Notes under the pieces: generated by a model
What the model saw: the letters and a program-made list of their open reading frames with translations, nothing else
The model's database searches: none
Told to the model about the DNA's origin: nothing
Translations under genes and position numbers: made by a program
Source of the DNA: the human T2T-CHM13v2.0 reference genome, Homo sapiens
Reading direction: 5' to 3' (one strand)
DNA: 64,000 bases
Assembly: GCF_009914755.1 (NCBI RefSeq)
Contig: NC_060928.1
Shown here: positions 38,153 to 50,419 of the stretch, in pieces
Position numbering within the stretch: position 1 is the stretch's first letter
Layout of the letters: each line of letters starts with the position of its first letter

Positions 38153-39408
38153 TAAAGTGTGGCAATGGCAAGAGCGTAAGGACAAACAGAAACAGACCCA
38201 CACAGGTAGGTCAGTTGATTTCTGACAAAGGCGCCAAATTAGGAGAAAAAAGCCTATGCAGCAAATAATCTGAAAGTTAAGGGAGAAATGGATCCTGACT
38301 GCAACCCACACTGGAAACGTACACTCCTGAGTAGGGACTGGATACACACGCGGCACACACCCACACAACAGGCCGCCACGCGGCAATCAGGAGTCTGCCG
38401 CTGATCCACGCAAAAGCCTGGGTGAATCTCAGATGCTGAGCGAATGTAAGCAGATACACGCAGACATACACAGACGCACGCAAAGACACAGACTGCCCAG
38501 AGCCATGCACGTGGAACCCATGGCAGGCGGGAGGTAGGGAGCTGTGGTGGTAGGAGTCAGAATGGGTACCCCTGTGGGACTGGCTCTGCGGAGTGGAGGG
38601 CATCACCTACATCCTTCGTGAGTGCGCACCATGACCAGCCACACCCATGGAACTAACACTCGGTATCTGGGCTTTTTGTGTAACTGCCTCCCCTCAACAC
38701 CATGGTCTCCCACATACAAAAGAGGCCATTATACAGTAAGACACGCTACTCCGCAATTAGACACCACAAAACGCCAGCCAGGCTGTCCATAATTAAAAAT
38801 ACCGAGCACCAAGTCTCAGCAATCCACTAGTGTTCTCCTTCCACCCAGCTGGGAGAAAGAAACACAGTCCAACCACTTTGGAATCATCTCTATACTTGGA
38901 CAACACGCTTCGTAAGATCCATTAGGTGCTCCTAGAGTTGGCCCCCACCCCCACCCCCACACGAGTGTTCACCACAGCTATTTCCAAGTGAGTGTTATTA
39001 CCCCAGAAAGGAAGCAACTCAAATATCCACCCACAATAAAGTGCATTAAAATCAGAGCACAGGACAGTCATGCAATGGAATACTATACAGCAATGAAAAG
39101 GAACACGCTTCTGCTAGATGACAGGGCTGAGTCTCACCAACACACTGAGTACCTTAAGGCTCTCAGGATAATGGGAAAAAAAAGAACCAGAATCCACCCC
39201 CCGCCCCACCAGCCACACACACACAAGTCCACAAAGGAACAGGCACCCACATGCTGTACCCTGGGGCCCTTCCAACCCTGATGCGCCAACTCCCGACATG
39301 CTGCCTCTAGCCTTGACCTTTCTCAGAAATGATAGCTTAGCGGATGTTTGGCAGATCTCAACAGTCAAGCCAAGATCCAGCTGCAGTCAAAACACAATAC
39401 GCCTGGTG

Positions 39409-39825
39409 GAGCCTCTTCCAGGTTCAAACACGGGAACCACGCTCGGAGCTGGACCCGGACCCGAGCCTCTTCCAGGCTCAGACACGGGAACCACGCCCAG
39501 AGCCGGACCCGAGCCTCTTCCAGGCTCAGACACGGGAAGGGAACCACGCCCAGAGCCGGACCCGAGCCTCTTCCAGGCTCAGACACGGGAAGGGAACCAC
39601 GCTCGGAGCCGGACCCGAGCCTCTTCCAGGCTCAGACACGGGAAGGGAACCACGCTCGGAGCCGGACCCGAGCCTCTTCCAGACTCAGACACGGGAAGGG
39701 AACCACGCTCGGAGCCGGACCCGAGCCTCTTCCAGGCTCAGACACGGGAAGGGAACCACGCCTGGAGCCAGACCCGAGCCTCTTCCAGGCTCAGACACAG
39801 GAACATTCTCGGAGCCGGACCTGAG
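39409..39825 (+). repeat. 53-bp VNTR, about 8 copies, just 3' of the LRPAP1 stop
   Basis: GAGCCTCTTCCAGGCTCAGACACGGGAAGGGAACCACGCTCGGAGCCGGACCC. Confidence 0.94.
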
Positions 39826-40629
39826 CAACCGCCAGTCCATCAGCTATGGTCAGAGGAAGGCCTCCGTGGCTGTCTCTCCCCCATGAGATGGGGCATTTAC
39901 ACAGCACACTTAGGGACACGGAGGCCCTGCAGGTTTGGTGAGGTCTCCCGAGGTCCCTGAGCTGCAGAGGTGAGAGTTGAAAGACGCTGCCCCCAGGCCA
40001 CAGTCTCTGACTGTCCACAGAACCACACGCTCCACATCTTCCCCTCAAACTCAACTCAAGCGCTCTTGGCTTTAAATCAGGCCGGGCCGTCTCACGGGAA
40101 AAGGAGGTTGGCTGCAAAGACCCACAGGGCCCAGAGGGGAAGCTGGCTATGACGCGACCCCTTCACGAGCACTGGCTCCGGCCCCAGCCACCAGGACACT
40201 TAGTGACCAGCCAACAAGCGGGTGGTTTAAATACTGCACTCTATTTTTTAAGGACTCTGTGCATGGTATTTCCGGTGGCAGATGTGTAAGATTTTTTATG
40301 TAAATCGTGTTGTTTTAGCAGAGGACTATCAGACCTGACAGCAGCTGGACATCGAGGTCCTCACTGGGGTGGTGACTGCCACGCTGATGCTGAGTGGAAG
40401 CCAAGCCCCTTCAGTCAGAGCTGGGCCGATCTCAGACCCAAATGCTACCACCACCAAGCCCTGTGTCACGACGGCAGCGGCTGCAGTCACCAGAAACAAT
40501 CCTTCCTGCCTCGACACCCGTGCCAGCCCCAGCCACCCTGACGGCGGGCTGTCCACGGAAATGCCACGGCCAAGAGCCCAGGTCCTTCACGCTGGCCTCT
40601 TCCCTGCCGGGCTGGGCTCCCCAATGCCT

Positions 40630-40692
40630 TCAGAGTTCGTTGTGCCGAGCTCTGGAGATCCTGCCGGACAGGTCCTGCAGATGCTTCTTCAC
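40630..40692 (-). CDS. LRPAP1: LRPAP1 exon 8 coding part, ER-retention signal HNEL
   Basis: ccacag|GTGAAG...CTCTGA; VKKHLQDLSGRISRARHNEL*; the 8 exons sum to 1074 nt = 357 aa. Confidence 0.96.
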   Translation of the reverse strand: MKKHLQDLSGRISRARHNEL

Positions 40693-40964
40693 CTGTGGAC
40701 AGAAACGTCTCATCAGCTGGGGACAGCGCGCCTCGAGGCCAGCTCTGTGAGCTCAGCCTCATGTCAGGAGACGCGCGATCCAAAAGGAAAAGGCGCAAGC
40801 CCTGCACATCTGACTTTCCAATTCCACACCCATCCAGAAATGCTCAAATCACAAAAGCAGCTCAGTGCTAACTAGAAAATCCCACCAAAGAACGCTAAGA
40901 GCCACCAGCCAGGAGCAGTTCATGCTGAAGTGGAAAGCTCAGGGTCTCTGTGATAGGCCCATGG

Positions 40965-41460
<496 letters not shown>

Positions 41461-42405
41461 TAGCTCTCCCCAGATTCTCACAAAACCCTGCTCGTGGGCG
41501 CCACCTCCCTCTCCACATAGAAGCCCGTGGCTCAGGGTGAATAACTCACCGAAGGTCCCTTCTCTCAGCGGCCCTGACCTCTGCCCCAACGGTGCGGGTG
41601 CCTCAGGCAGTGCCACACGGCTTTCTTAACCAACACCGAGCTTTGCCGTGGTCAGGTGAAGCTAGGTGCACGCTAGCATTCCATCCCCGCGTCTCGCGGG
41701 AGCGCCCTGCAAACCCCACATGGTGGTGCTCACCCTGGACCTGAGCTCCTGCCCACGGGCAAGGGCCACAGGCTGCTCTCCTGCACATTCTGCCAGGCAG
41801 ACCCGCACCACCCTCTCCTATCAGAACTTCTACCTTCATTTATTTTTTAGGCCTTTCCTATTTTTGAATCGGTAACACATGCCTGCAGTTCAAAGTTTAA
41901 AAGGCACAGATGGGGCTCCTGAGCCCCAGCTCCCTCCAGAAAGAACTTGGCATGAGCTTCCAGGGTTTTCTGTGCCTCTGTGGCAAGGCTGTGCGCTGGC
42001 TTCAGCTTCTCCTGGGCTCTGCCCCTCCTCCCCTCACATCCCAGGGGCTGTGGGGAAGGAGGCTCGCCTGTCTCAAAGGCTGGAGTGCCCTGACTCATGG
42101 GCTGGCTGTGGGTATCCAGGTCACGCCCCATCCTGGTCACAGGAGGACGAGGCAGTGGCCCGCCGGGGCCTGCGCTCTCACCTGAGGGTCGGGGGACTGC
42201 ACTACAAGCCCGGGGGGCTCCCCTAGCATGGCTGCTGTGGCCTTCAGTGCCCCACACACTTGTGGCCCTGGGGTTCAACTCGGACAGGGAAGACAACAGC
42301 GTGGGGCCCACACCCCATCTACAGGAAGCCCTGAGCTGCATGTGGGCGGCCTCATCTTTCCTGCAGGGGAACTGCGGCCTCCCCGGTCCTGGAACCCGTG
42401 CGCAC

Positions 42406-42582
42406 CGTGTAGCCCAGCTCCTTGGTCCGCCCCTCCAGCAGGGCGTGCTTCTCGCGGCTGCGGCTCACACGCTCGCCGTCGCCCACGCTCTCTGCGTGCC
42501 TCAGCTTCTCGTGCGCAATCTCCAGCTGCTTCTGGTAGTGGTTGTGCTTCTCGATTTTGGCTTCGAAGTGCTTGAGCTCCTC
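42406..42582 (-). CDS. LRPAP1: LRPAP1 exon 7
   Basis: ttccag|GAGGAG...TACACG|gtgcgc; 177 nt; EELKHFEAKIEKHNHYQKQLEIAHEKLRHAESVGDGERVSRSREKHALLEGRTKELGYT. Confidence 0.96.
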
Positions 42583-43769
42583 CTGGAACAAGGTTTCCAT
42601 AGGTGAGTGTTCCCTCCCCGTGCTCGCCACGCCATCTTGTGGTCCCGGGTGAACTGCAAGGACGCCAAGGGACGGCGCCATACCCGGGGCAGGACAGGCC
42701 TTGCGGTGACATGGGCAATGAGGGGGCGGCAGCTGGGAGGCCATCACACTAGCAACGGGTCCCAGCCCGCGCCTCCTTGGCAGCCCTAAGCCGACCCCTT
42801 CCCTGTCTCTGCAAATGGCACCCCCGCCCCCCGAATCTAGGGGGCCTCCAGCTCGTTCCCAGCCAGACCCCATGTCCAGGGGCTGTGCTTCTGTGGTGGC
42901 TGCCTCTGCACCCTGCCCCCAGCCTGCCTGGGCTCCACTGCTGCTGGACTGCAGCTCTGTCCCTGCTCCTGTAGGTGCCCTGCCCTGCCTTGACCCCACG
43001 CTCCAGACCCAGGGCCCTCCATGTGGCCCCACCTGCCAAGCCCCATGCACGTGCCTGCGGCCAGCTAAGGTGCCCCAGCCCCAGAGGGAAGCTCCTGACC
43101 CCTTTCTGGGGGAGGTGCTAAGGGCCCTTCCTGGGGCCAGGAAAGTCCCAAGTCCTATGAGGGCAGGACCACACCCACCTCCCTCCCAACAGACACCAGC
43201 TATAGGGACCCTGGGTGAACTCATGGCCGGATACCATACTCAAGGCTGCCCACCCAGGACCCCCGCTGGACTCCCCACTCCTCACAGCCCTGCTGGGTGC
43301 TCACCGAGCTGATGAATTCTCCACCCTCAGAATGATCTGGCACTCCACACGCCCCAGGAGCCCCTGCCACCTGAGGTGGTCTCCTTCCCTCCCTGGGCCT
43401 CCATCTCAGCAAGTGGTGACACCCCTAAACGATCCCGGTAGTGTCCTTGGTCCCCTCCCCCCAGGCTGTGGCTGGGTCCCGACCAACTGTTGACCATCCA
43501 CAGGACCCGCACCAAGGCCACGCTCAGACGTGAACACGGACAAAAGAACCAAAGCCCCTCCCTCCAGAGCCTGGCCCCGCCCCTGAAACACGAGTTCCCA
43601 CGCAGATGAGAAGGAAAACGCAAGCAGGTTCACCGAGTGGTTAAGGAAGAAACTGCGAGAATCTTGAGAGAGAGAGCTTGGAGGAGAGGGCTGCATTTCC
43701 TTACCCGGAAACTGCAAGAGAATCTTCACCACAGGAGAGAGCTAGAAGGAGAGGGCCGTGTTTCCTTAC

Positions 43770-43852
43770 CCGGAACGCCTCCAGCTCCTTGTCCGTGAGG
43801 TTGGCGGACTGCGCCAGGTCCCACAGGTCAATCACCCTGGGCTCCTCGAACT
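43770..43852 (-). CDS. LRPAP1: LRPAP1 exon 6
   Basis: ctgcag|AGTTC...TTCCGG|gtaagg; 83 nt; EFEEPRVIDLWDLAQSANLTDKELEAFR. Confidence 0.95.
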
Positions 43853-45726
43853 CTGCAGGGGAGGAGCAAGAGTGGCCTCAGCAGCACCCGGGGTGCACAC
43901 CACAGCCAGCCCCGCGGCAACCACGCTGAGTGTGCGTGGAGCCTATGAGGGTTTGCAGGCGCGACCTGCATGTGTGTGAAACACGGGTGCGTGCACTCAA
44001 AGTCTTATGGGGCACAGAGGGCATCTGCTCAGTAGCTCACATGGGGCTTATGGGGCACAGAGAGGTCAGTAGCTCACATGACCTCGCTGAAATGTGGCTT
44101 CTCTGTCCCCTTGGCCAAACAACTGCTTCTCCTTTGTGTCCAGAAACACCTGCTTCCATCAGAGCCTGGGAAGCGCCACAGCCCGCCCTGGCTGCCTCTG
44201 AAGCAGGAGGCAGAGGATGGACGTGGCCTGTGTGCAGCGGCTGCCAGGACCTCGGGTGGGGGCACCTGCAAGTTCAGCCAGGTCCAGACGCAGGCACAGG
44301 CCGTTTCCCTTCGGTCCTGCTCAGGGTCTCCAGCAGGATGTTGTGCTCGTGAAAGTCAAACATTCGGGCTCCTGGGAGGAGCCAAACAAACCAAGACGGC
44401 TCCTGGACCCTGGTGCTCACGAAGGGACGCAGTGAGAGACTCCGGGGCTGTCACCACTCTCCAACCAGGAGTGAGTAGTCCAGAGCCGCCTGCCCATGGA
44501 GCCCCGCAACAGTGGCCCCTGCTCCCTCCTCTGCTGACCCCTTCCTGCTCAGGACCCCGAGGACCCTGGGCTGGTGGGGCTTGCTGGAAGGCCCAGGCAG
44601 ACCCGCAAGAGAACTGCAGGAGCCGCTGGACACAACTGCCTTGGGGACAGCCCGAGGTGGGAAGAGAAGTGTGTGGGGCTGAGTCGCCCTTTCCTGCATG
44701 GACTATAGCCAGGCTCATCCGGGTCTCTCCAGCACAGGCACTCAGCAAACTGCATCGCAGGCCTACAAGGTGGTCCAGCCCCCAGCACTACGGCCAAAAG
44801 CCTACGGCTGACACAGTCACCAGCACCAGGTCAGGCTAAGGGAGCCTGGGTTTGGGGGTGGGTGGTGAGGGGTCTTGCCCAAGGGCACTCAGGTGACAGC
44901 AGCACAGCCACCCAAGGGGACCTGGGCCCGCGTGGACACATTTGACTGCTGTGCTGGAGGCTGCCTCTGGGCAGACCATCCTGGAGACTAGGCGGTGGCT
45001 CTGCCTGGCACCGGGGACAGAGACCAGCCCTGCTGTCTTATCACCATGAGGGCACAGATGCCATCTCCTGGCGGCTGCTGCCTCCTCGAGCCTAGAGCAG
45101 TGCCTGGCGTGCAGCTGGTGCTCAGTGTGCACGTGGAGGATGAGGTACAGAATCGGAAGCTGCGTGAGTGAGGCCAGCAGGCTTCCGGTACACCCTGCAC
45201 AAGGCTCTGGCCCGGGTACGGGGCAAGAAGCAGTGGTGCAGAGCCTGGCCACTGAGGGCCTGCAGTGGAGGGAGATGAGCTGCTGAGACGGAGCCACAAG
45301 CTCTGTGGCCTCAGCGGGCGTCCTGCCCCTGCCGGGCTGAGGGGGACTGATGGACGGTGTGGGTGGCATGAGATGGAGACGGAGCTATGTTTGACGAGTA
45401 GTCTCTGTTCTTGGCCAACAGCAGCACGGGAGGGGCCGTGCTGCTGAGGCTGGGGAGACGCTGGGAAGGGCTGCTCCCAGGCCCGCTGCCGCCACTGCCC
45501 TCCGCTAGTCTCCAGGTACAAGGCTGGGGACGGCGAGTGACCTTCACGGAGCAGCTCCTGGGAGCGAGGCCTGTGACCACCCCTGGGTAGACTGAGCGCG
45601 CCGAGGGTCTCCGCTGCGTCCACAGGCCCAGGTTCCCGTCGCTACAAGCACCTGCCTGCTTGTCCCCAAAACACAACCAGAGACGGCCCCACCCTCGGGA
45701 ACCAACAGTCCCGGGCGGGCACTCAC

Positions 45727-45885
45727 CAGCCTCAGTGCTGTAGCCCTGGTGGCTGACCCTGCGCAGGCGGTCCAGGCCCTGGTTGATGCTGCGCAGCTTC
45801 TCCTTCAGCTCCGTGTGCCTGCTGTGCAGGACGCTGCCCTTGATGTCGCTCAGGTCCGAGGGGCTAATGACGTTCTCGTGGATTT
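45727..45885 (-). CDS. LRPAP1: LRPAP1 exon 5
   Basis: ttacag|AAATC...GCTG|gtgagt; 159 nt; EIHENVISPSDLSDIKGSVLHSRHTELKEKLRSINQGLDRLRRVSHQGYSTEA. Confidence 0.96.
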
Positions 45886-46563
45886 CTGTAAAACCGAAGG
45901 CAGGACGCCATGAGGCTGGGAGTCCTCGCACTGCCTGCCCAGACCACTGTCTAGAACGCCCACTGCTGGGGAGCTCAAACTCGCTCTCATTTCTGGGCTG
46001 AAAATGTCCCCCTTCCGCGGTCCTGCAGCGCCGCAGAAACGACCGTTGGCACAGCTTCCTTTCCAGGCGAGACAGGCGAGACGCCGGGACACGCGCACCA
46101 AGTGGCGCCTGGCGGTGACAGCTGGGGCACCAGGTCCCCTGGGGGCTGACTCTGGACCCCTGCCCTGCCCCCTCTCTGCTGGGTCACCCTCCATTTTACT
46201 CCAGCTTTGTGGGGTGGGAAAGTCACACATTTGGGGAGGGTCACGAGTCCAGAATGAAGGACCCATCAGCGAAGCTCAGGTCTGACAAAGGCAGCAGCTG
46301 TGCCCATAGTGGGGGCAGGCGCCGGTGAGACTTGGTTCATCCAATGCAGGCAGGCGACTCCCAGAGCCTGCCTGCACAGCAACCTCCCCACTCACAAGTC
46401 CGGTGGAACCCTGGGAGGGCGTCTGGTGCCGCCTCCCTGCCCCTGCCGTGTTCCTGAGGGGAGCTGAGGCTGCCCACTGAGCACAACGAGCCTCAGGTGC
46501 AGGAGGGGTGGGGGGCAGGAGGGGGTGGGGCAGAGGGCAGGAGGGGGTGGGGGCGGGGGGCAC

Positions 46564-46684
46564 CTTCGGTCCTGCTCAGGGTCTCCAGCAGGACGTTGTA
46601 CTCGTGAACTTTCTCTTTGTGATGCAGGAACTCCCGCCAGAGCTTGTCCAGTTCTTCGCCGGAGAATTTCCCAGAGGTCTTCGC
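46564..46684 (-). CDS. LRPAP1: LRPAP1 exon 4
   Basis: cttag|GCGAAG...GAAG|gtgccc; 121 nt; AKTSGKFSGEELDKLWREFLHHKEKVHEYNVLLETLSRTE. Confidence 0.95.
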
Positions 46685-47764
46685 CTAAGAGGGAAACAAG
46701 GCCTGGAGTGAACCCGCCGCGGGCTCGTGTGGCCAGGGCCGCTCTTCAGCCAACCACTCCTCATGGCCAGGCAGGCCCTTGCCTACGTGAGTGCCAGGCC
46801 AGGTTCTTGGCCTCACGAAGGGCAGGAAAACAAAAAACAAACCGGAGAAGAGCTGCCGGCAGGCAACCACCCTTCTCTTGGACGTGTCCAGGCTCAACAG
46901 GGGACAGCTACCGAGCTGGCTGGGGTGGGGAGCAGAAGATCCCAAGGAGGGGGACAGGGCAGCAGCCCGGTGACCCCGGGCTTGCCTGGCTCTCCCGGCT
47001 GCAGGTGGTGAGGACAGCAAGGCCACCTTCCTAGGGGGACCTCTGCCAGCCCCTCATTGTCATCCCACCTGCCTCCTGGTTGTGAGATGACGTGGCTCAC
47101 ACACGTCCAGGGAGGCCACACAGGGCCCTCTCTCCCTCTCTGCCCCCTTCTACCGACTCCATCTCTCCTGGCCAAGGACATTGAGCTGAGACTGGGCTAG
47201 TACAAGAAGTCTAACTGTTGACCCCAAATCAATGTGATCCAGAGAAACTGTTCTGGAGCAGGAGCCGCTGGAAATGGGGGAGCTGCGGCAGGTAAACACC
47301 CTGCCACGGCCCACCAGGCCCTGCTGGGTCCCAGCGCCTGGCCCCGCACCCTTCCCAGGCACAGGGTGAAAGCCCAGCCCCACACACGAGGGCACCTTTC
47401 TAATCACAGAGGCACGTCCACGGCACCGCTCACTACATTAAAAATCCGACACGGAGTAAAGAACGCAGCCCATGCTACGTCACCATCCCGTAACCACACG
47501 TGACCTGAGCTGAAGGTCTGACAGCTGCAGGCCAAAGGCCAAACAGAGCTCCTTTACTCAAAGAGCAAGGAATCTTCTAAACAGGAAAGCTGAAAAGATT
47601 CACAGAATGACAGTGGAATGGCTTCCTTAGGAAGCCACCGTCTTCCTGAGACTTTCCCAAACCCCGGCTCCCATGCAGAGCAGAGACTGCCCCTCACAGC
47701 CCCCGCCTTAACACTCAACGTAACGGCACCAATTCTGCAAGGTATGCAAACAATCGAAGAGTAC

Positions 47765-47886
47765 CTTGTGCCACAGCTTTTCCAGCCTGGGGTCATCCAG
47801 CCCGTCTTCCTGGGTGCCACTGAGGGAGTTGCTGGTCACCTGCCGAGCGTCCTTCTTTCCGTCCAGACCATACTTGGCCAAGATGA
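47765..47886 (-). CDS. LRPAP1: LRPAP1 exon 3
   Basis: cctag|TCATC...CACAAG|gtactc; 122 nt; VILAKYGLDGKKDARQVTSNSLSGTQEDGLDDPRLEKLWHK. Confidence 0.95.
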
Positions 47887-49546
47887 CTAGGAGAGAGGGG
47901 AGGTTCTATTTGATATGGTTTCCTGTGAAAAACAGTCAAAAGCCAACACATCTGGGTTGCCACGGTGGGTGAGACAGGTTTGCCTCTCATTTTCCAGTAG
48001 TTTCCTTTCACCTGTTTCCTGGATGACCACTGGAGATCTGGGGAGAACAAGAATGTAAACAAGCGTGGGGTCTGTGGTCTCCCAGCACTTAGGAACGGGT
48101 CTGGCGACTCACGGGACACCCCCAGGACCTCCCTCTTTCCTACCAGGGACACGCCGGCTGGAGTCCTCCATCAAGCTGTGTCCCCCTGAGACGCAGCTGT
48201 CGAAAGCAGCTGGTGGGCTGGGCTGTAAGAGTGGTTACCGATTGGCCCGTCTTTAGCGACCAGCTGCACAGATTTTCAAGAACAAAATTTGCAGCCTCAC
48301 CTGCTGCCATAGGGCAAAAACTCTAAGGACCACAGGACAGAGGCCACCTGCAGACTGTGCAGGGTGGCAGGGCTTTCTGACAGCACACATCTTATATTTA
48401 TTGGGAGGAAAAACAGTTTCTAAAGGAGAAACGTCAGTGTCAGCAGCTTCTAACAAAAAGTTACTGGTAGCAGCCAGGAGGAATAAATAGTCTGCAGTGT
48501 GCTGTGGCCCAGCCACTCGGGGAGCCCTCTAGGATCTGCCCACGTGGTGCTCCCCTAGCCCCGCTTCCCTAGGGGGGACTCGGCATCTGTGGGCTGTGTC
48601 TGTCACCACACGCTGCCACCAACATGATATGAAAGCAGGCGCTCGACGTGGGCCCTGGTGCCAACAGGACAAGTCCTGCACTTGGGATGTGAGAGCAGAG
48701 CCTGGGGGCTGGCCTCGCCCTCCACGGCAGTAGCTCTCCCCAGGCCCCAATTCCCACTTCCAAGTCCTGTGCTGTGGCTCTGTGTGACAGGCCCTCTACT
48801 AGGTCCCCTGGAATCCGGGGCCCATGCAACCACACCCGCCTCCTTAGCGGGCGGTGGGCTTGCCTGCCCGCCCTTTCCTGGGGGCTGGGGGAATTCTCCC
48901 AGGGCCCCGCCTCCCACAGAATGGGGTCCTGCCTTCCCCTCCGGGCCGAGAGGGCCCCGAGTAGGCCTCTCCCAAGATGCTGGGCTCGGAACCTCCCTTC
49001 GCCTCACACTTCCCCTCACCCCGAGGACCTCTTCACCCAGATGGTGACTCCCGGACCCCAGCGCCTCCTCTGGGCCTTCACCCGTGACCCTACTGGACAG
49101 AACTACTCCCAGCGGGGCCTCCACATGCTCTGGGCTCAGCAGGCCCCACCCCCGCACCTCTCCCAAAGGTCCATCCTCTGTCACTGCCAGCCCTGGGGAG
49201 TGTCCCTGCTCGAGGGACACCCTGAAAGCCTCAGGCCTCCTTTCTCATCGACACCACCCTGGCCTCTGATCCCTCCTGTCTCACTCTGTCCGGAAGCCTG
49301 GGCCATGGGGGTCTCAAGGCCACACGCAGCATGTGCTTCTTGTGTTCCAGCCTGGAAGCGCTTGTGATCTTCCTAAGCGTGAAAAACCAGCCTGTGGTCT
49401 TGTCCCTGAGGAAAGCCGTCTCTCCTGACAGCAGTCAAGAGCTGCTGGCGCTGGGCACGGGTCCCGTAGATGCATGCTTCAAAGCTCAACCACATGCTGG
49501 GCCTGTCTTCCATGGCAGGGAATTTATACCTGAAATAACTATTTTA

Positions 49547-49690
49547 GGCCGGGCGCGGTGGCTCATGCCTGTGATCCCAGCACTTTGGGAGGCCAAGGCA
49601 GGAGGGCCGTCTGAACCCAGGTGTTCAAGACCAGCCAGGGCAGCAAAGTGAGACCCCATCTTTTAAAATAAATAAATAATTAAATAAATA
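49547..49690 (+). mobile_element. Alu monomer (FLAM-like) with (AAAT)n tail
   Basis: ggccgggcgcggtggctcatgcc...gagaccccatc followed by aaataaataa. Confidence 0.8.
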
Positions 49691-50188
49691 ATACCGGCTG
49701 TGGGGGATGAGAAAATAAATGAAATAAATACATACAAAAATACACAAACTTTTTAAAAAAGTGGCCTGGATGCCTCCTGGCCTTAGAAAGCCAGTGCCAG
49801 GCCTGCCTGTGAAGGCCGTCCTGCCCAGGCCCCCAAGTCCAGCCACTGCTCAGCAGCACTGAGGTCCCACCCCCAGGCCGTGCACCCCTGAGCCCGAGAG
49901 GAGGAGAGGGGGAGACGGGGAGGGTGGGCCATGTCCTGGGGCTCTGAGGCTAGCCTGGCTCAAGCCTTCCTAGTTGGAGCCAAAAGCTCTGAGCCAGAGC
50001 CCAAAGTGGCTGGTCAGACCCCATCAAAAGGCAGAGTACCCACGGCTGCGATCAGCAGCAGGGACTATGGAAGGTTCTGGATTCTGGAGGTGCTGGGTTC
50101 TTCTGCATGGAATGGAGTCACAGAGCACTGAAGCTGGAGGCGGCCTCAGGAGCACCGAGCCCTTAGAGCTCCTGGGGAGGATGAACAC

Positions 50189-50419
50189 GGCCCCACACTC
50201 CCTGCCTGGGGAGGACGGACGTCATCCCACACGCCCTGCCTCTGGGGAGGACGGACACCATCCCACACCCCCTGCCCGGGGAGGACAGACGCCACCCCAC
50301 ACTCCCTGCCTGGGGAAGTCGGACGCCGCCCCACACCCCCTGCCTGGGGAGGACGGACGCCGCCCCACACCCCCTGCCTGGGGAGGACGGACGCCGCCCC
50401 ACACTCCCTGCCTGGGGAG
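50189..50419 (+). repeat. About 33-36-bp VNTR, about 7 copies, in LRPAP1 intron 2
   Basis: GCCCCACACYCCCTGCCTGGGGAGGACGGAC repeats. Confidence 0.9.

Noticed and set aside
39298-39960. Repetitive 220-aa ORF
   Set aside because: Translation of the 53-bp VNTR; unit length is not a multiple of 3
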